DNA of 64,000 nt, taken from assembly GCA_903850335.1 (NCBI GenBank), contig CAINLJ010000114.1, positions 8,742 to 72,741 on the forward strand. The letters are read 5' to 3'. A model generated the notes under the pieces. It searched no databases, had not been told where the DNA came from, and saw only the letters and a list, made by a program, of their open reading frames with translations. This stretch comes from an uncultured Bacteroidia bacterium. GTDB lineage: Bacteria; Bacteroidota; Bacteroidia; Bacteroidales; Prolixibacteraceae. A program made the translations under genes and the position numbers. Positions 9,189 to 18,911 of this stretch are shown one piece after another (positions within the stretch are counted from its first letter, which is position 1; each line of letters starts with the position of its first letter).

Positions 9189-10511
9189 ATGCAAAGAAAT
9201 ATTCAAATCCTAGTTCTTCTGGTTCTTTGTTTTTCATATCAGTCCAGGGCAGAAATACTCGTGTCAGAAAAGAAAAAGAATGAGCATCCGAAATTCAAAG
9301 AATTCATATCCATTCCCATGGCCGGGAATTGCTGGGCTGTGACCTCCGATGGAAATCAGGCAGACTGTGTAACAGATTCCGGTGTTATTGGATGGAACAA
9401 CTCTGACACCAAATTACATGTCTATTTCAAGTCAGTAAAAACAGGGAACGCGCATTTGGCCCTTAGAATAAGGGTTAAATCAGAACCCTCCACTTGTCTG
9501 GTAAAACTGGGGAATGAAGTAAACAAAATAAAGATTTTATCATCATCGTACGATACAATCTATGCAGGGAAATTCACTATTAAAAACGCAGGTTACCAGT
9601 CCCTTATTATTAGTTGTAATGAAGGAAATGCCGTGAATTATCCTGAAATTTCAGATTTACTAATTTTTGAGAATAATAAATCCGAAAAGCCGACCTATGT
9701 AAAAGACGACTTTTATTTTGGCCGTCGAGGACCTTCCGTTCATTTGAACTACCTAATGGACCAACCACAAGAGAAAATCGAATGGTTTTATAATGAAATA
9801 AAGGTTCCGGCAGGCAATGATATTGTTGGTTCATTTTTCATGGCTAACGGATTTAGTGAAGGGTACTTCGGTATACAGGTAAATTCAGCATATGAAAGGA
9901 GGATTTTGTTCTCGGTCTGGAGTCCTCATAACACCGATAAGCCTGATGAAATACCTGATGATGAAAGGGTTATTCTATTAAAGAAAGGTGAATCTGTTAA
10001 GGCCGGAAGTTTTGGCGACGAAGGATCTGGCGGACAAAGTTATCGTGTGTTTCCGTGGAAAGCCGGAACAAGATATGGCTTTTTAATCAGAGGAAAACCG
10101 GTTAGCAATAATTCCACAGAATATTCGGCATACTTTTTTGCTCCGGAGTCTGGTCAATGGGAGCTTATTGCTTGTTTTAAGAGACCAAAGACAAACACCT
10201 ATCTGACACATCTTCATTCCTTTCTGGAGAATTTTCTACCTGAGCAAGGGAATATCGCCCGAATGGGAATTTATTCGAACCAGTGGGTTTGTGATTCAAA
10301 GGGTAAATGGACTGAAATAAATAAAGTACGTTTTACGGCTGATGCTACTGCAAGAAAAGGTGCCCGGTCAGACTATGCCGGTGGTATTTCAGAAAAAGGC
10401 TTTTATCTGAAAAATTGTGGTTTCTTTGATAAGAATACACAAATAAATAGTGTATATAAAAGGGCTTTAAGTGGAAACCTGCCGATCATAAATTTCGCAA
10501 ATCTACCTTAA
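9189..10511 (+). CDS. secreted DUF5077/DUF3472-like protein
   Basis: 440 aa with signal peptide MQRNIQILVLLVLCFSYQSRA. The C-terminal half, with FGDEGSGGQSY and WSPHNTD, resembles DUF3472 as recalled. Confidence 0.5.
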   Translation: MQRNIQILVLLVLCFSYQSRAEILVSEKKKNEHPKFKEFISIPMAGNCWAVTSDGNQADCVTDSGVIGWNNSDTKLHVYFKSVKTGNAHLALRIRVKSEPSTCLVKLGNEVNKIKILSSSYDTIYAGKFTIKNAGYQSLIISCNEGNAVNYPEISDLLIFENNKSEKPTYVKDDFYFGRRGPSVHLNYLMDQPQEKIEWFYNEIKVPAGNDIVGSFFMANGFSEGYFGIQVNSAYERRILFSVWSPHNTDKPDEIPDDERVILLKKGESVKAGSFGDEGSGGQSYRVFPWKAGTRYGFLIRGKPVSNNSTEYSAYFFAPESGQWELIACFKRPKTNTYLTHLHSFLENFLPEQGNIARMGIYSNQWVCDSKGKWTEINKVRFTADATARKGARSDYAGGISEKGFYLKNCGFFDKNTQINSVYKRALSGNLPIINFANLP

Positions 10512-10555
10512 TTGGGAATTTCAGGATTGAATATCTTTTTCTCAGGAATTTAAGG

Positions 10556-10563
10556 TAAATTTG
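10556..10563 (+). promoter_or_regulatory. candidate -7 box (TAnnTTTG)
   Basis: TAAATTTG lies 93 nt upstream of ATG 10656, immediately 5' of the nested-stem element. Confidence 0.3.
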
Positions 10564-10632
10564 CCGGCTGTTACAACCGGAGACTATAGAAATGCATCTA
10601 TAGTGCAATTGGTCTCTGAAAAGATCAGCCGG
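10564..10632 (+). other. nested three-stem RNA/DNA structure in the intergenic leader
   Basis: Three nested pairings. CCGGCTG (10564-10570) pairs with CAGCCGG (10626-10632). CGGAGAC (10578-10584) pairs with GTCTCTG (10612-10618), with one G-U. TATAG (10585-10589) pairs with CTATA (10598-10602). Confidence 0.3.
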
Positions 10633-10655
10633 ATGAGAAAAAGACTATAATTTAA

Positions 10656-11510
10656 ATGAGGAAATATTTATTTTATATTATACTTATATTAAGTGTTTTA
10701 AGTGGATGCGGCCATTTTTCTGCCGTCTCTTCGGGAGACACGGAAGTAGCTAAAGTTGGAGATAAATCTTTATTGCGTAAGGACCTGGCAGCGGCACTAC
10801 CAAGGGGGATTACTAAGCCCGACAGCATAAATCAGTCCGGATTTCTTATTCAAAGATGGGTGAGACAGGAATTAATGCTTAAACAGGCGGAGGAGAACCT
10901 CAATGATGAACAAAAAGATGTACAGCGGGAATTAGACGAATACAGGACATCAATTATAATCCACAGATATCAGCAACAACTTATCAATCAAAAGCTTGAT
11001 ACTGCTATTGCGTCAGGTGATATCCGAAAGTTCTACGATGAACATCCCGAAAAATTTGTACTGGATCAGAATATAGTTAAGGCTATTTATATAGAAGTTC
11101 CTAAACGCGAAGCAAAACTCGATCAATTAAAGAGGTGGTTAAATGCCTCGGACGATAAATCACGCATGGAACTGGAAAAATATAGTTTTCAATATGCTAC
11201 TAAATTTGACTACTTTAATGAGCAATGGATAGATTTTAGTCAGATCAGATCAAGGATGCCTTATAGTTTCACAAGTCCGGAGACAATATTGAAACGGAAC
11301 AGTTTTATTGAAGCTTCTGATGATAGTAAATACTACCTTGCAGCCATCAAAGATTACAGGTTAATTGGTGATCAGGCACCTTTTGAATTTGTTAAAGACC
11401 GAATCTCCGGGTTAATTTTGAATACAAGAAAAATAGAGTTCATTGAAGAACTACAAAAAAATATCTACGCAAAAGGGAAGAGTGCAAATTTATTTAAGAT
11501 AAAAGACTGA
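10656..11510 (+). CDS. SurA-N/PPIase-family chaperone-like lipoprotein
   Basis: 284 aa with lipobox LSVLSGC. It is helical, chaperone-like, and the first gene of a PPIase/OstA-like envelope operon. No clear parvulin motif was seen. Confidence 0.45.
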   Translation: MRKYLFYIILILSVLSGCGHFSAVSSGDTEVAKVGDKSLLRKDLAAALPRGITKPDSINQSGFLIQRWVRQELMLKQAEENLNDEQKDVQRELDEYRTSIIIHRYQQQLINQKLDTAIASGDIRKFYDEHPEKFVLDQNIVKAIYIEVPKREAKLDQLKRWLNASDDKSRMELEKYSFQYATKFDYFNEQWIDFSQIRSRMPYSFTSPETILKRNSFIEASDDSKYYLAAIKDYRLIGDQAPFEFVKDRISGLILNTRKIEFIEELQKNIYAKGKSANLFKIKD

Positions 11511-11526
11511 AATTAAGAAATATAAA

Positions 11527-12882
11527 ATGTTTAAAAACGTAATAAAGAGTGTCCTCGTTGCAGGGACAATAATTCTCGGATCAATGATCACAAATGCTCA
11601 GGATAAAGTTGTTGATCAGATCCTTGCAGTTGTAGGCAGTAATCCGATTCTTAAATCGGATATCGAGACAACTGCAATACAGAATCAGGCACAGGGTATT
11701 ACTTTGCCTGGTGATGCAAAGTGTGTAATTCTTGAGCAGCTGCTTGAAAGAAAATTACTTCTTGCTGAAGCCGAACTTGATACGTTGATTGTAATAAGCG
11801 ACAATCAGATTAATCAGCAGATGGACCGGCAGATGAACTATTTCATTGAGAATATTGGTTCTGAAAAAGAAGTCGAAAAATACTTCAGCAAGCCTATTGT
11901 TCAACTCAAGGCAGAGATGAGTGAAACGATTAAGGATCAGTTGAAGACTGAGCAGATGCAGACTAAAATTATATCAAAGGTTACAGTCACACCCTCTGAA
12001 GTCAGGCAGTTTTTCAGACAATTACCCTCCAAGGACATTCCTGAAATAGGTTCACAACTTGAGTATTCGCAGCTAACGTTGCTTCCGGCTATTACTGAGA
12101 AACAGGATATGGAAGTAAAAGCAAAACTTAGGGACTTCAAAAAACGTATTGAAAACGGCGATAATTTTGCCACATTGGCAATCATGTATTCCGAAGATCC
12201 CGGATCTGCAAGAAATGGCGGTGAAATGGATTACGTTGGACGTGCCATGCTGGATGCAACATTTGCCACCGAGGCATTTAATCTAAAACCCAATCAGATT
12301 TCAAAGGTTATCAGGAGTGAATTTGGATACCATATCATTCAGCTAATCGATCGTAAAGGTGAAAAGATCAAGTGCCGTCATATTTTGCTTAGACCTAAAT
12401 TGGACCCTAAAGAGCTGGAGATTACAAAGAACCGAATTGACAGTGTCGCTGATTTCGTACGTAAAGGCAAAATAACCTGGGAACAGGCAACATATCTTTA
12501 TTCTTCCGACAAAAACACACGAAATAATGGCGGACTTGTAACTTCGCAGCGTACAGGATCATCGAAATTTGAAATGTCTGAAATTGATCCCGATGTAAGT
12601 AAGATTATTGCAACAATGAATATCGGTGAGACCTCCCGTGCCTTTATTACTATGGACGACAAACAAAGAGAGGTATACAAGATCATCAGGTTAAACAATA
12701 AAACCAAATCGCACAAGGCAAATCTGCAGGAAGATTACCAAAAAATCAGTGAGATGTTCCTGGCAAAGAAGAAGGAGGAGACCTATCGTAAGTGGATTGC
12801 AAAACAACAGGCAAAAACATACATTCACGTGGATGACTCCTATGCAAACTGTAACTTCAAACTTAAATCCTGGAGGAAGTAG
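11527..12882 (+). CDS. SurA-like peptidyl-prolyl isomerase (parvulin domains)
   Basis: 451 aa with a signal peptide. A parvulin signature is present (FATLAIMYSEDPGSARNGGEMDY...SEFGYHIIQL), followed by a second degenerate rotamase repeat. Confidence 0.75.
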   Translation: MFKNVIKSVLVAGTIILGSMITNAQDKVVDQILAVVGSNPILKSDIETTAIQNQAQGITLPGDAKCVILEQLLERKLLLAEAELDTLIVISDNQINQQMDRQMNYFIENIGSEKEVEKYFSKPIVQLKAEMSETIKDQLKTEQMQTKIISKVTVTPSEVRQFFRQLPSKDIPEIGSQLEYSQLTLLPAITEKQDMEVKAKLRDFKKRIENGDNFATLAIMYSEDPGSARNGGEMDYVGRAMLDATFATEAFNLKPNQISKVIRSEFGYHIIQLIDRKGEKIKCRHILLRPKLDPKELEITKNRIDSVADFVRKGKITWEQATYLYSSDKNTRNNGGLVTSQRTGSSKFEMSEIDPDVSKIIATMNIGETSRAFITMDDKQREVYKIIRLNNKTKSHKANLQEDYQKISEMFLAKKKEETYRKWIAKQQAKTYIHVDDSYANCNFKLKSWRK

Positions 12883-12921
12883 TCATTTTAGTTGACCGTT
12901 AATGTTTTATCCGGCAGAAGT

Positions 12922-14526
12922 ATGAGTAGATCCAAGAAATTCGGCTTATCTCCGTTGCTCTTTTTTGTTTTTATTGCGGGCTTTTTTATTCAGGCAATGC
13001 AACCACAAACCGGAGTTAAGAAGAAACGGGTCGAGATTGAAAATGCAGACTTATATACCTATGATGCATCAATAGTTGCTAATGCACAACGTCTGATCGG
13101 GAATGTCCGTTTCAGACATAATCAGGCACTTATGTTTTGCGACAGTGCTTATTCCTATACAGACAGTAACAAGTTTGATGCCTTTGGCAATGTGCATATT
13201 ATACAAGGGGATACATTGCACCTTTATGGTGATAAAATGTTCTATAACGGTGATACAAGGCTTGCCCGTTTCCTAAGCCACGTAAAGATGATTGATAAGT
13301 CAATTACCCTTACAACCGAGGCAATGGATTTTGATCTCAGCACAAACATCGGATACTACAACCATAGAGGGAAGATTGTTGATACAACAAACGTACTAAC
13401 AAGTATTATTGGCCGTTACTATTCAAACGAAAATTTGCTTTTTTTCAAGGATTCGGTCGTTTTAACCAATAAGGATTTTATTTTACGTGCCGATACATTA
13501 AAGTACAACAGTCAGACCGAGCGCGCATTTATCGTTGGGCCGACAACAATCAAAGGGACCAAAAAAGATGGGGTTCTTTATTCGGAGAGAGGATGGTACG
13601 ATACAAGAAAAAATATTGCTGAGCTTTACAAAGGATCAAAAATTACAACGAAGTCTCAGATCCTCGAAGGAGATACCCTTTTTTATGATCGTGCGACGGG
13701 AAATGGCCGCGGGAAACATCGGGTCACACTTAGGGATACAACTAACAAGATACTTATCAAGGGGAAATTCGGTGTCTATAATGAAACATCTAAAATTGCC
13801 TTTGTTACTGATTCGGCAATGTTTATCCAGTTTGGGAAGAAAGATACCATGTACATGCATGCTGATACGCTTCGAACAAAACCCGATACAACAGATACTA
13901 AAAATAAAGATGCCAAATATTTCATGGCATATAGAAATGTCAGATTTCATAAACCGGATCTGCAAGGGAAATGTGATTCACTTGGTTATAAGATGGTTGA
14001 TTCCACTATGCTAATGTTTTATGATCCAATGGTCTGGTCTGTAAAAAATCAGATGACTGCCGATAAAATCCAATTTGTTTCCAAACAACCAGACCCCAGT
14101 ATTGCAAACCTTGATGGCAATGCGTTCATTGTAATGGCAGAGGATAGTATACGATTTAACCAGATTTCAGGCAAAAGTATTATCGGCCAAATATTCAATA
14201 ACAAACTCAGGATAGCAGATGTTAATGGGAATTCTCAGACGCTTTATTATCTGAAGGACAAGGAGAAATATTCGGGTATGAATCGTTTACTTAGCAGCAA
14301 AATAAAGCTTCATCTGACTGAGAATCGAATAGATAGTATCAGATTTTATCCGAAACCCGAGGGTAAAACTATTCCAATAAAAGAATTAAACGAAGAAGAT
14401 AAAAAACTGGACGGGTTTGTTTGGCGCGAAAGTGAGCGACCTCTTAATCCCGGCGACCTCTATCCAATTGATGAAAAGCGCAAAAAAAATGCAGGTCCTG
14501 TAAGAAAACCTGCATCAAACGAATAA
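12922..14526 (+). CDS. OstA-like (LptA/LptD-N fold) protein
   Basis: Repeated beta-jellyroll-like segments (LIGNVRFRHNQALMFCDSAYSY...GNVHIIQGDTLHLYGDKMFYNG). I prefer ATG 12922 (MSRSKKFGLSPLLFF, signal-like) over the track TTG at 12892. Confidence 0.6.
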   Translation: MSRSKKFGLSPLLFFVFIAGFFIQAMQPQTGVKKKRVEIENADLYTYDASIVANAQRLIGNVRFRHNQALMFCDSAYSYTDSNKFDAFGNVHIIQGDTLHLYGDKMFYNGDTRLARFLSHVKMIDKSITLTTEAMDFDLSTNIGYYNHRGKIVDTTNVLTSIIGRYYSNENLLFFKDSVVLTNKDFILRADTLKYNSQTERAFIVGPTTIKGTKKDGVLYSERGWYDTRKNIAELYKGSKITTKSQILEGDTLFYDRATGNGRGKHRVTLRDTTNKILIKGKFGVYNETSKIAFVTDSAMFIQFGKKDTMYMHADTLRTKPDTTDTKNKDAKYFMAYRNVRFHKPDLQGKCDSLGYKMVDSTMLMFYDPMVWSVKNQMTADKIQFVSKQPDPSIANLDGNAFIVMAEDSIRFNQISGKSIIGQIFNNKLRIADVNGNSQTLYYLKDKEKYSGMNRLLSSKIKLHLTENRIDSIRFYPKPEGKTIPIKELNEEDKKLDGFVWRESERPLNPGDLYPIDEKRKKNAGPVRKPASNE

Positions 14527-14537
14527 TTTATCCCTGT

Positions 14538-14759
14538 TTAATATTCATCTTCATTAAAAAAGAAATCATCCTTGCTGGGATAATCAGGCCAAATATCTTC
14601 AATTGACTCATAGATCTCCCCTTCATCTTCCATCTCCTGTAAGTTTTCAATTACTTCCAATGGCGCTCCAGATCGAATGGCAAAATCGATCAACTCATCT
14701 TTCGTTGCAGGCCATGGTGCATCTTCAAGTTTCGAAGCCAATTCTAATGTCCAATACAT
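14538..14759 (-). CDS. DUF2795 domain protein
   Basis: 73 aa. WPATKDELIDFAIRSGAPLEVIENLQ is the characteristic DUF2795 core. Confidence 0.7.
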   Translation of the reverse strand: MYWTLELASKLEDAPWPATKDELIDFAIRSGAPLEVIENLQEMEDEGEIYESIEDIWPDYPSKDDFFFNEDEY

Positions 14760-14841
14760 ATTTATTTCAGATTAAGTGTAATTTCCTCAAGGCGCAATTT
14801 TAATACTAATTTTTTAAAAATAAAACCATAAAAAAATATTT

Positions 14842-15387
14842 TTAAGGTTTCCATGGAATTTCTTTTAGACCCGTGTCCTGAGATATTTTACGGGATAAAA
14901 CATAGAGAAAATCTGATAAACGGTTGAGATATTTTAGGACATCTTCCTGAATTTTAATCACGGAGGAAAGCTGATAGGTGCGTCTTTCGGCCCTCCTGCA
15001 TACAGTTCGTGCAATATGACAGTAGGAAACCACATTATTCCCCCCCGGTAGAATAAAGTTGGTTAAGGTGGGCAGACTGTCCAGTATCTGATCCATTCTT
15101 CGTTCCAAAACAGCGATATTTTCAGATGAATTTTCCCAGTTGATAGCTGGTTCCACCTTCGAAGTATCTGTTGCTAAAATGGCCCCTATGATAAATAGAA
15201 TATTTTGAATATCAATCAGGTCAGAAATGTCCTGTGAATCTATATCCTGCGAACGGATCAGTCCGATCCATGAATTCAGTTCATCAACTGTTCCATAGGC
15301 TTCAAGCCGCAGATCATATTTTTCAACGCGTGTGCCACCAATCAATCCTGTAGTGCCATCATCACCTGTTCGCGTATATACACGCAT
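14842..15387 (-). CDS. cob(I)yrinic acid a,c-diamide adenosyltransferase, PduO type
   Basis: 181 aa with the hallmark N-terminus YTRTGDDGTTGL...RLEAYGTVDELNS. It lies 17 nt downstream of the ABC ATPase gene. Confidence 0.8.
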   Translation of the reverse strand: MRVYTRTGDDGTTGLIGGTRVEKYDLRLEAYGTVDELNSWIGLIRSQDIDSQDISDLIDIQNILFIIGAILATDTSKVEPAINWENSSENIAVLERRMDQILDSLPTLTNFILPGGNNVVSYCHIARTVCRRAERRTYQLSSVIKIQEDVLKYLNRLSDFLYVLSRKISQDTGLKEIPWKP

Positions 15388-15404
15388 GCTATATAAATTT
15401 GAGA

Positions 15405-16103
15405 TTAATATATTGGGTTTTCATTCTTATGATCTGTTTCAACCTGACCGTCCTTGAGTTTGATGATCCGATGAGCATGCAAGGCAATATCCTCTTCATG
15501 GGTAACTAATATAATCGTATTTCCAGCCGAATGAATCGCTGCAAAGAGTTTCATAATCTCCTCTGAAGTTTTTGAATCAAGATTTCCAGTAGGTTCATCA
15601 GCCAGTAAAATTGACGGCGAATTTACAAGGGCACGCGCAACTGCAACTCTCTGACGCTGACCTCCGGAGAGCTCATTCGGACGATGCTCCATCCGGTCAC
15701 TTAACCCTACACTCAATAATTTCGCCGTAGCCAGTTCAATCCGCTTTTCCTTGATTACCCCTGCATAGATCAATGGAAGCATAACATTTTCAAGAGCGGA
15801 ATATCGTGGTAACAAATTAAAAGTCTGAAATACAAAGCCAATTTCTGTATTTCTTATTTCAGCCAGACGATCGTCATCAAGTTTACTTACATCCTTTTCA
15901 TTCAGGGTATAACTTCCGGATGTTGGGGTGTCAAGACAACCAATAATATTCATTAAGGTTGATTTCCCTGAACCTGAAGCTCCCATGATTGCGACATATT
16001 CACCTTTAAATATATCCAGTGACACTGAGCGCAAAGCCAAAACAGCCTGAGTCCCTACCTGGTAGTTTTTAACTATGTCGCGCAGCTTAATTAATTTTTC
16101 CAT
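15405..16103 (-). CDS. ABC transporter ATP-binding protein (MacB/LolD type, unfused)
   Basis: 232 aa with Walker [10 protein letters not shown], signature LSGGQRQR and Walker B ILLADEPT. Confidence 0.85.
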   Translation of the reverse strand: MEKLIKLRDIVKNYQVGTQAVLALRSVSLDIFKGEYVAIMGASGSGKSTLMNIIGCLDTPTSGSYTLNEKDVSKLDDDRLAEIRNTEIGFVFQTFNLLPRYSALENVMLPLIYAGVIKEKRIELATAKLLSVGLSDRMEHRPNELSGGQRQRVAVARALVNSPSILLADEPTGNLDSKTSEEIMKLFAAIHSAGNTIILVTHEEDIALHAHRIIKLKDGQVETDHKNENPIY

Positions 16104-16121
16104 CTTTCGTTTTTGCCTTTA

Positions 16122-16129
16122 CAAAATTA
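16122..16129 (-). promoter_or_regulatory. candidate -7 box (TAnnTTTG on minus strand)
   Basis: The minus strand reads TAATTTTG 19 nt upstream of ATG 16103. This could be an internal promoter for the ATPase and the PduO-type gene. Confidence 0.3.
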
Positions 16130-16178
16130 CACAAAATGATCCTAAAAAACCCCGCCAATACCGTTAAACAGACCAGGT

Positions 16179-17420
16179 TTAAATTTTCTTGTTCTCAGGC
16201 TCACTTGTCAGGATCTTATCCATTTCCTTTAATCCATTGGTTATAATAACAAATTTGTCATTTTTCTCCCCTGTGATAACCTTTCTTTTTACAATTTTTC
16301 CGGATTCTTTGAGGTAAACAAAATGACTGCCATTACTTGTAAAAAGGCATGGAAGGGGAATTACAAGCGCATTTGACTTTTTTTCGATAATAATTTCATT
16401 GCTTGTTGTCATTGACGGTTTCAGCTTACTTATATCACCCTTTAAACGAACATATAATTTAAAAACATTGGAATCGAACCCTGTCATATCCTGTCCAATA
16501 TTTGAAATTTTAGCTATGGTAGCTAAAATTTCTTTATTCTTCAAGGCATCAATTCTAACTCTCACACTGTCACCAACATGAATCTTGGAGATAAAAATTT
16601 CCTCCACATAAGTTTCAGAGACCAAACTGGTCAGGTCGGGCAAAGTCGCAATAGCCGGATCCCAAAGATTTACATAATCATCAATCTTCGTTTTTCTTCC
16701 TCCCCACTTTCGGGCATAAATGACCATGCCGTCCCCAGGTGCAGTTATACGGGTAGCGATTAATGCCTGCTGGTATTTTTCATTCATCTCCTTAAACTCA
16801 TTATACTGCCTCTCCTTTCGCGAACATCTGATCTTAAATTCATTTTGCTGCATTTTATAACTTCGTCTCTTTGAATCAAGCAGTCTGGCAGTGCGATCGT
16901 AAGAGATCTGTGTCATACGTTGATTGGCAGGAGAATCGTATATGGATTGTTCGACATCAATCTTTTTATATTTCAGATCAAACTCAAGTTGCTCCAAATC
17001 ATCCCTGCTTGTACTTAGGGTTACTGCAGAATCCAGCTTCGCATCATTAAAGGCAGCACTGCTCTTTTCGAGGGATTCGGTGTTTTGTTGCATAAGTTGT
17101 TTTATTCTCCCTTCATCCAGAAGAGCAACGTAATCCCCTTTTTTAACTATAGTTCCTTCGGGGACAAGATCCTTTATTTGCAACTGATAAATACTTAAGT
17201 TTCTGTCGCCTAATACATCCGGGAAATTGATCAAAACAGCCCGTTCACTTTGCATCTCTCCTTTACAGGTTATAATGGATTCAAATTTATCCTTCTTAAC
17301 CACATAAATATTAGATGGCCGCTGCAATTTAAGAACAATAAATAACCCGATAATTAGAATTAATGCTAATGAAAAAATAACCGGTTTTGGTCTCATTTTC
17401 ATAAAATTAATCAGTCTCAT
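16179..17420 (-). CDS. efflux periplasmic adaptor (HlyD/MFP family), paralog B
   Basis: 413 aa with an N-terminal TM anchor, a coiled-coil hairpin and barrel-sandwich/beta-barrel motifs. It shares the segment LPDLTSLVSETYVEEIFISKIHVGD with paralog A. There is a 4-nt overlap with the upstream TolC gene. Confidence 0.75.
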   Translation of the reverse strand: MRLINFMKMRPKPVIFSLALILIIGLFIVLKLQRPSNIYVVKKDKFESIITCKGEMQSERAVLINFPDVLGDRNLSIYQLQIKDLVPEGTIVKKGDYVALLDEGRIKQLMQQNTESLEKSSAAFNDAKLDSAVTLSTSRDDLEQLEFDLKYKKIDVEQSIYDSPANQRMTQISYDRTARLLDSKRRSYKMQQNEFKIRCSRKERQYNEFKEMNEKYQQALIATRITAPGDGMVIYARKWGGRKTKIDDYVNLWDPAIATLPDLTSLVSETYVEEIFISKIHVGDSVRVRIDALKNKEILATIAKISNIGQDMTGFDSNVFKLYVRLKGDISKLKPSMTTSNEIIIEKKSNALVIPLPCLFTSNGSHFVYLKESGKIVKRKVITGEKNDKFVIITNGLKEMDKILTSEPENKKI

Positions 17421-18901
17421 TCTATAGGAATTTTGTCAAAATCGATTGTCAAATCAGTTTTTCGTTCAAAGTCAAAAAGAGTTAATTGCCTGATAGTAAA
17501 ATAATTATTCCAGTATTTTCGGAGTGATGCAATATATGCCCGCCGAGCGGTTTCAACATCATTGCGTGCCAGATTTAGCTTGGTTACATCCAGTTTCCCA
17601 ATCTTAAAGCGTCGCATTGTTACGTCATATCCCATTTTTGCAATAGTATCGGCTCTGGCCGAATTTAAGACCTGTTCGGATTGTAAATTGAATTCCATCA
17701 CATTCATAAGTACAGATTGCTGAAAATCAATCAGTTCTTGCTTAATACTGTTTCTAACTACCTCCCTGTTGGATTTTGCCATTAGCACAGCCCCCTTCCT
17801 CCGGCCCCAATCGAGTATTGGTATCGAAAGACCAACAATTCCAAGGTTTTGAAATTTGTTCGGATTTTGATAAGCATTTGAAATTTCTGTAGCTTTTTGA
17901 TTGATCCCGGCTGATGCGCTTATGTCAACACTTAATCCGTTCTGAGCCTTGGTCTGCGCCACTTTGTTGTCTTCGTCAAGAAGCCGCTGTTGTTCCAAAA
18001 GCATGCCCGGATTATTTAGCAAAGCCTTTTGGATAGCCTCGTCAACATCTACCTGTAACGTCGAAACTGAAGAAGGCAATATACATTCAACTATAGTACC
18101 TTTATCGAGAGCGAGGTATGAATTAAGATCAGCTCTTGCCCTCACTAAACCCTGATTTGCACGGGTTACAGCAAGCTTTGCATTCATTTGGGTAAGTTCC
18201 ATATTCAGCAACTCATCCTGTGTTACAGTTCCAACCTGATACCTTCCTTTCCCTAATTGAAAAAGGGTGTCAGCATTGGCTAAATTTGTGACCGCAATAT
18301 TTTTTTCAATCTGTGCATCAATCATAGCAAAGAACTTACTTGTAGCAGTTAGTGCAATATTCTCCATGGATTGGATCAGATTTTTCTTCGCCATTTCAAA
18401 TTTTACAGGTTCTATTTTTGATGCCCAATGCATACTGTTATACCCGTTAACCCTTTGCGTATAACCCACACTCAGGGCATTGGCTGAATATAGTGTCTGC
18501 TGGTCGCCAATGAAATTTCTGGCCATTCCAAGATCAGAACTAACATTAAAACTTCCTCCTGTCAATCCTACAAGCTGTGACATCCTTAAAGAAGCACTCG
18601 AAGTCAGGTTATTTTGTTGCGAATAGATCCAGGTGTGTGCGGTATAATCGTAGTCCTGTCTGATCGAATTACTGAAGGATAATGGATTTGACCCTATGGA
18701 TAAGGATGGAAGCTTATTGGCTTTGTAATACTTAAATGCCCAATAACTCGAAAAGTACATGTTTTTTTGTTTGAATGCATCAATCGAATTTTGGGAAGCA
18801 ATGTCAATCACCTGATTTAATGTCAGTTTAACGACTTTTTCCTCAGCTTTTAACGATAACCCAAGGCAACAAAATAAAAGGAAAATAAAATATCGGATCA
18901 T
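17417..18901 (-). CDS. TolC-family outer membrane efflux protein
   Basis: 494 aa with a signal peptide and a two-repeat helical/beta architecture. The N-terminal LTLNQVIDIA and the pattern of ARxD/NL repeats are typical of OEP/TolC. Confidence 0.75.
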   Translation of the reverse strand: MIRYFIFLLFCCLGLSLKAEEKVVKLTLNQVIDIASQNSIDAFKQKNMYFSSYWAFKYYKANKLPSLSIGSNPLSFSNSIRQDYDYTAHTWIYSQQNNLTSSASLRMSQLVGLTGGSFNVSSDLGMARNFIGDQQTLYSANALSVGYTQRVNGYNSMHWASKIEPVKFEMAKKNLIQSMENIALTATSKFFAMIDAQIEKNIAVTNLANADTLFQLGKGRYQVGTVTQDELLNMELTQMNAKLAVTRANQGLVRARADLNSYLALDKGTIVECILPSSVSTLQVDVDEAIQKALLNNPGMLLEQQRLLDEDNKVAQTKAQNGLSVDISASAGINQKATEISNAYQNPNKFQNLGIVGLSIPILDWGRRKGAVLMAKSNREVVRNSIKQELIDFQQSVLMNVMEFNLQSEQVLNSARADTIAKMGYDVTMRRFKIGKLDVTKLNLARNDVETARRAYIASLRKYWNNYFTIRQLTLFDFERKTDLTIDFDKIPIE

Positions 18902-18911
18902 TTGAATTAAG

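Noticed and set aside
13535-14014. 159-aa alternative-frame ORF inside the OstA-like gene, plus the antisense ORF at 13636-13965
   Set aside because: The main frame has clear family resemblance and continuity over 535 codons. The alternative frames show no motifs.
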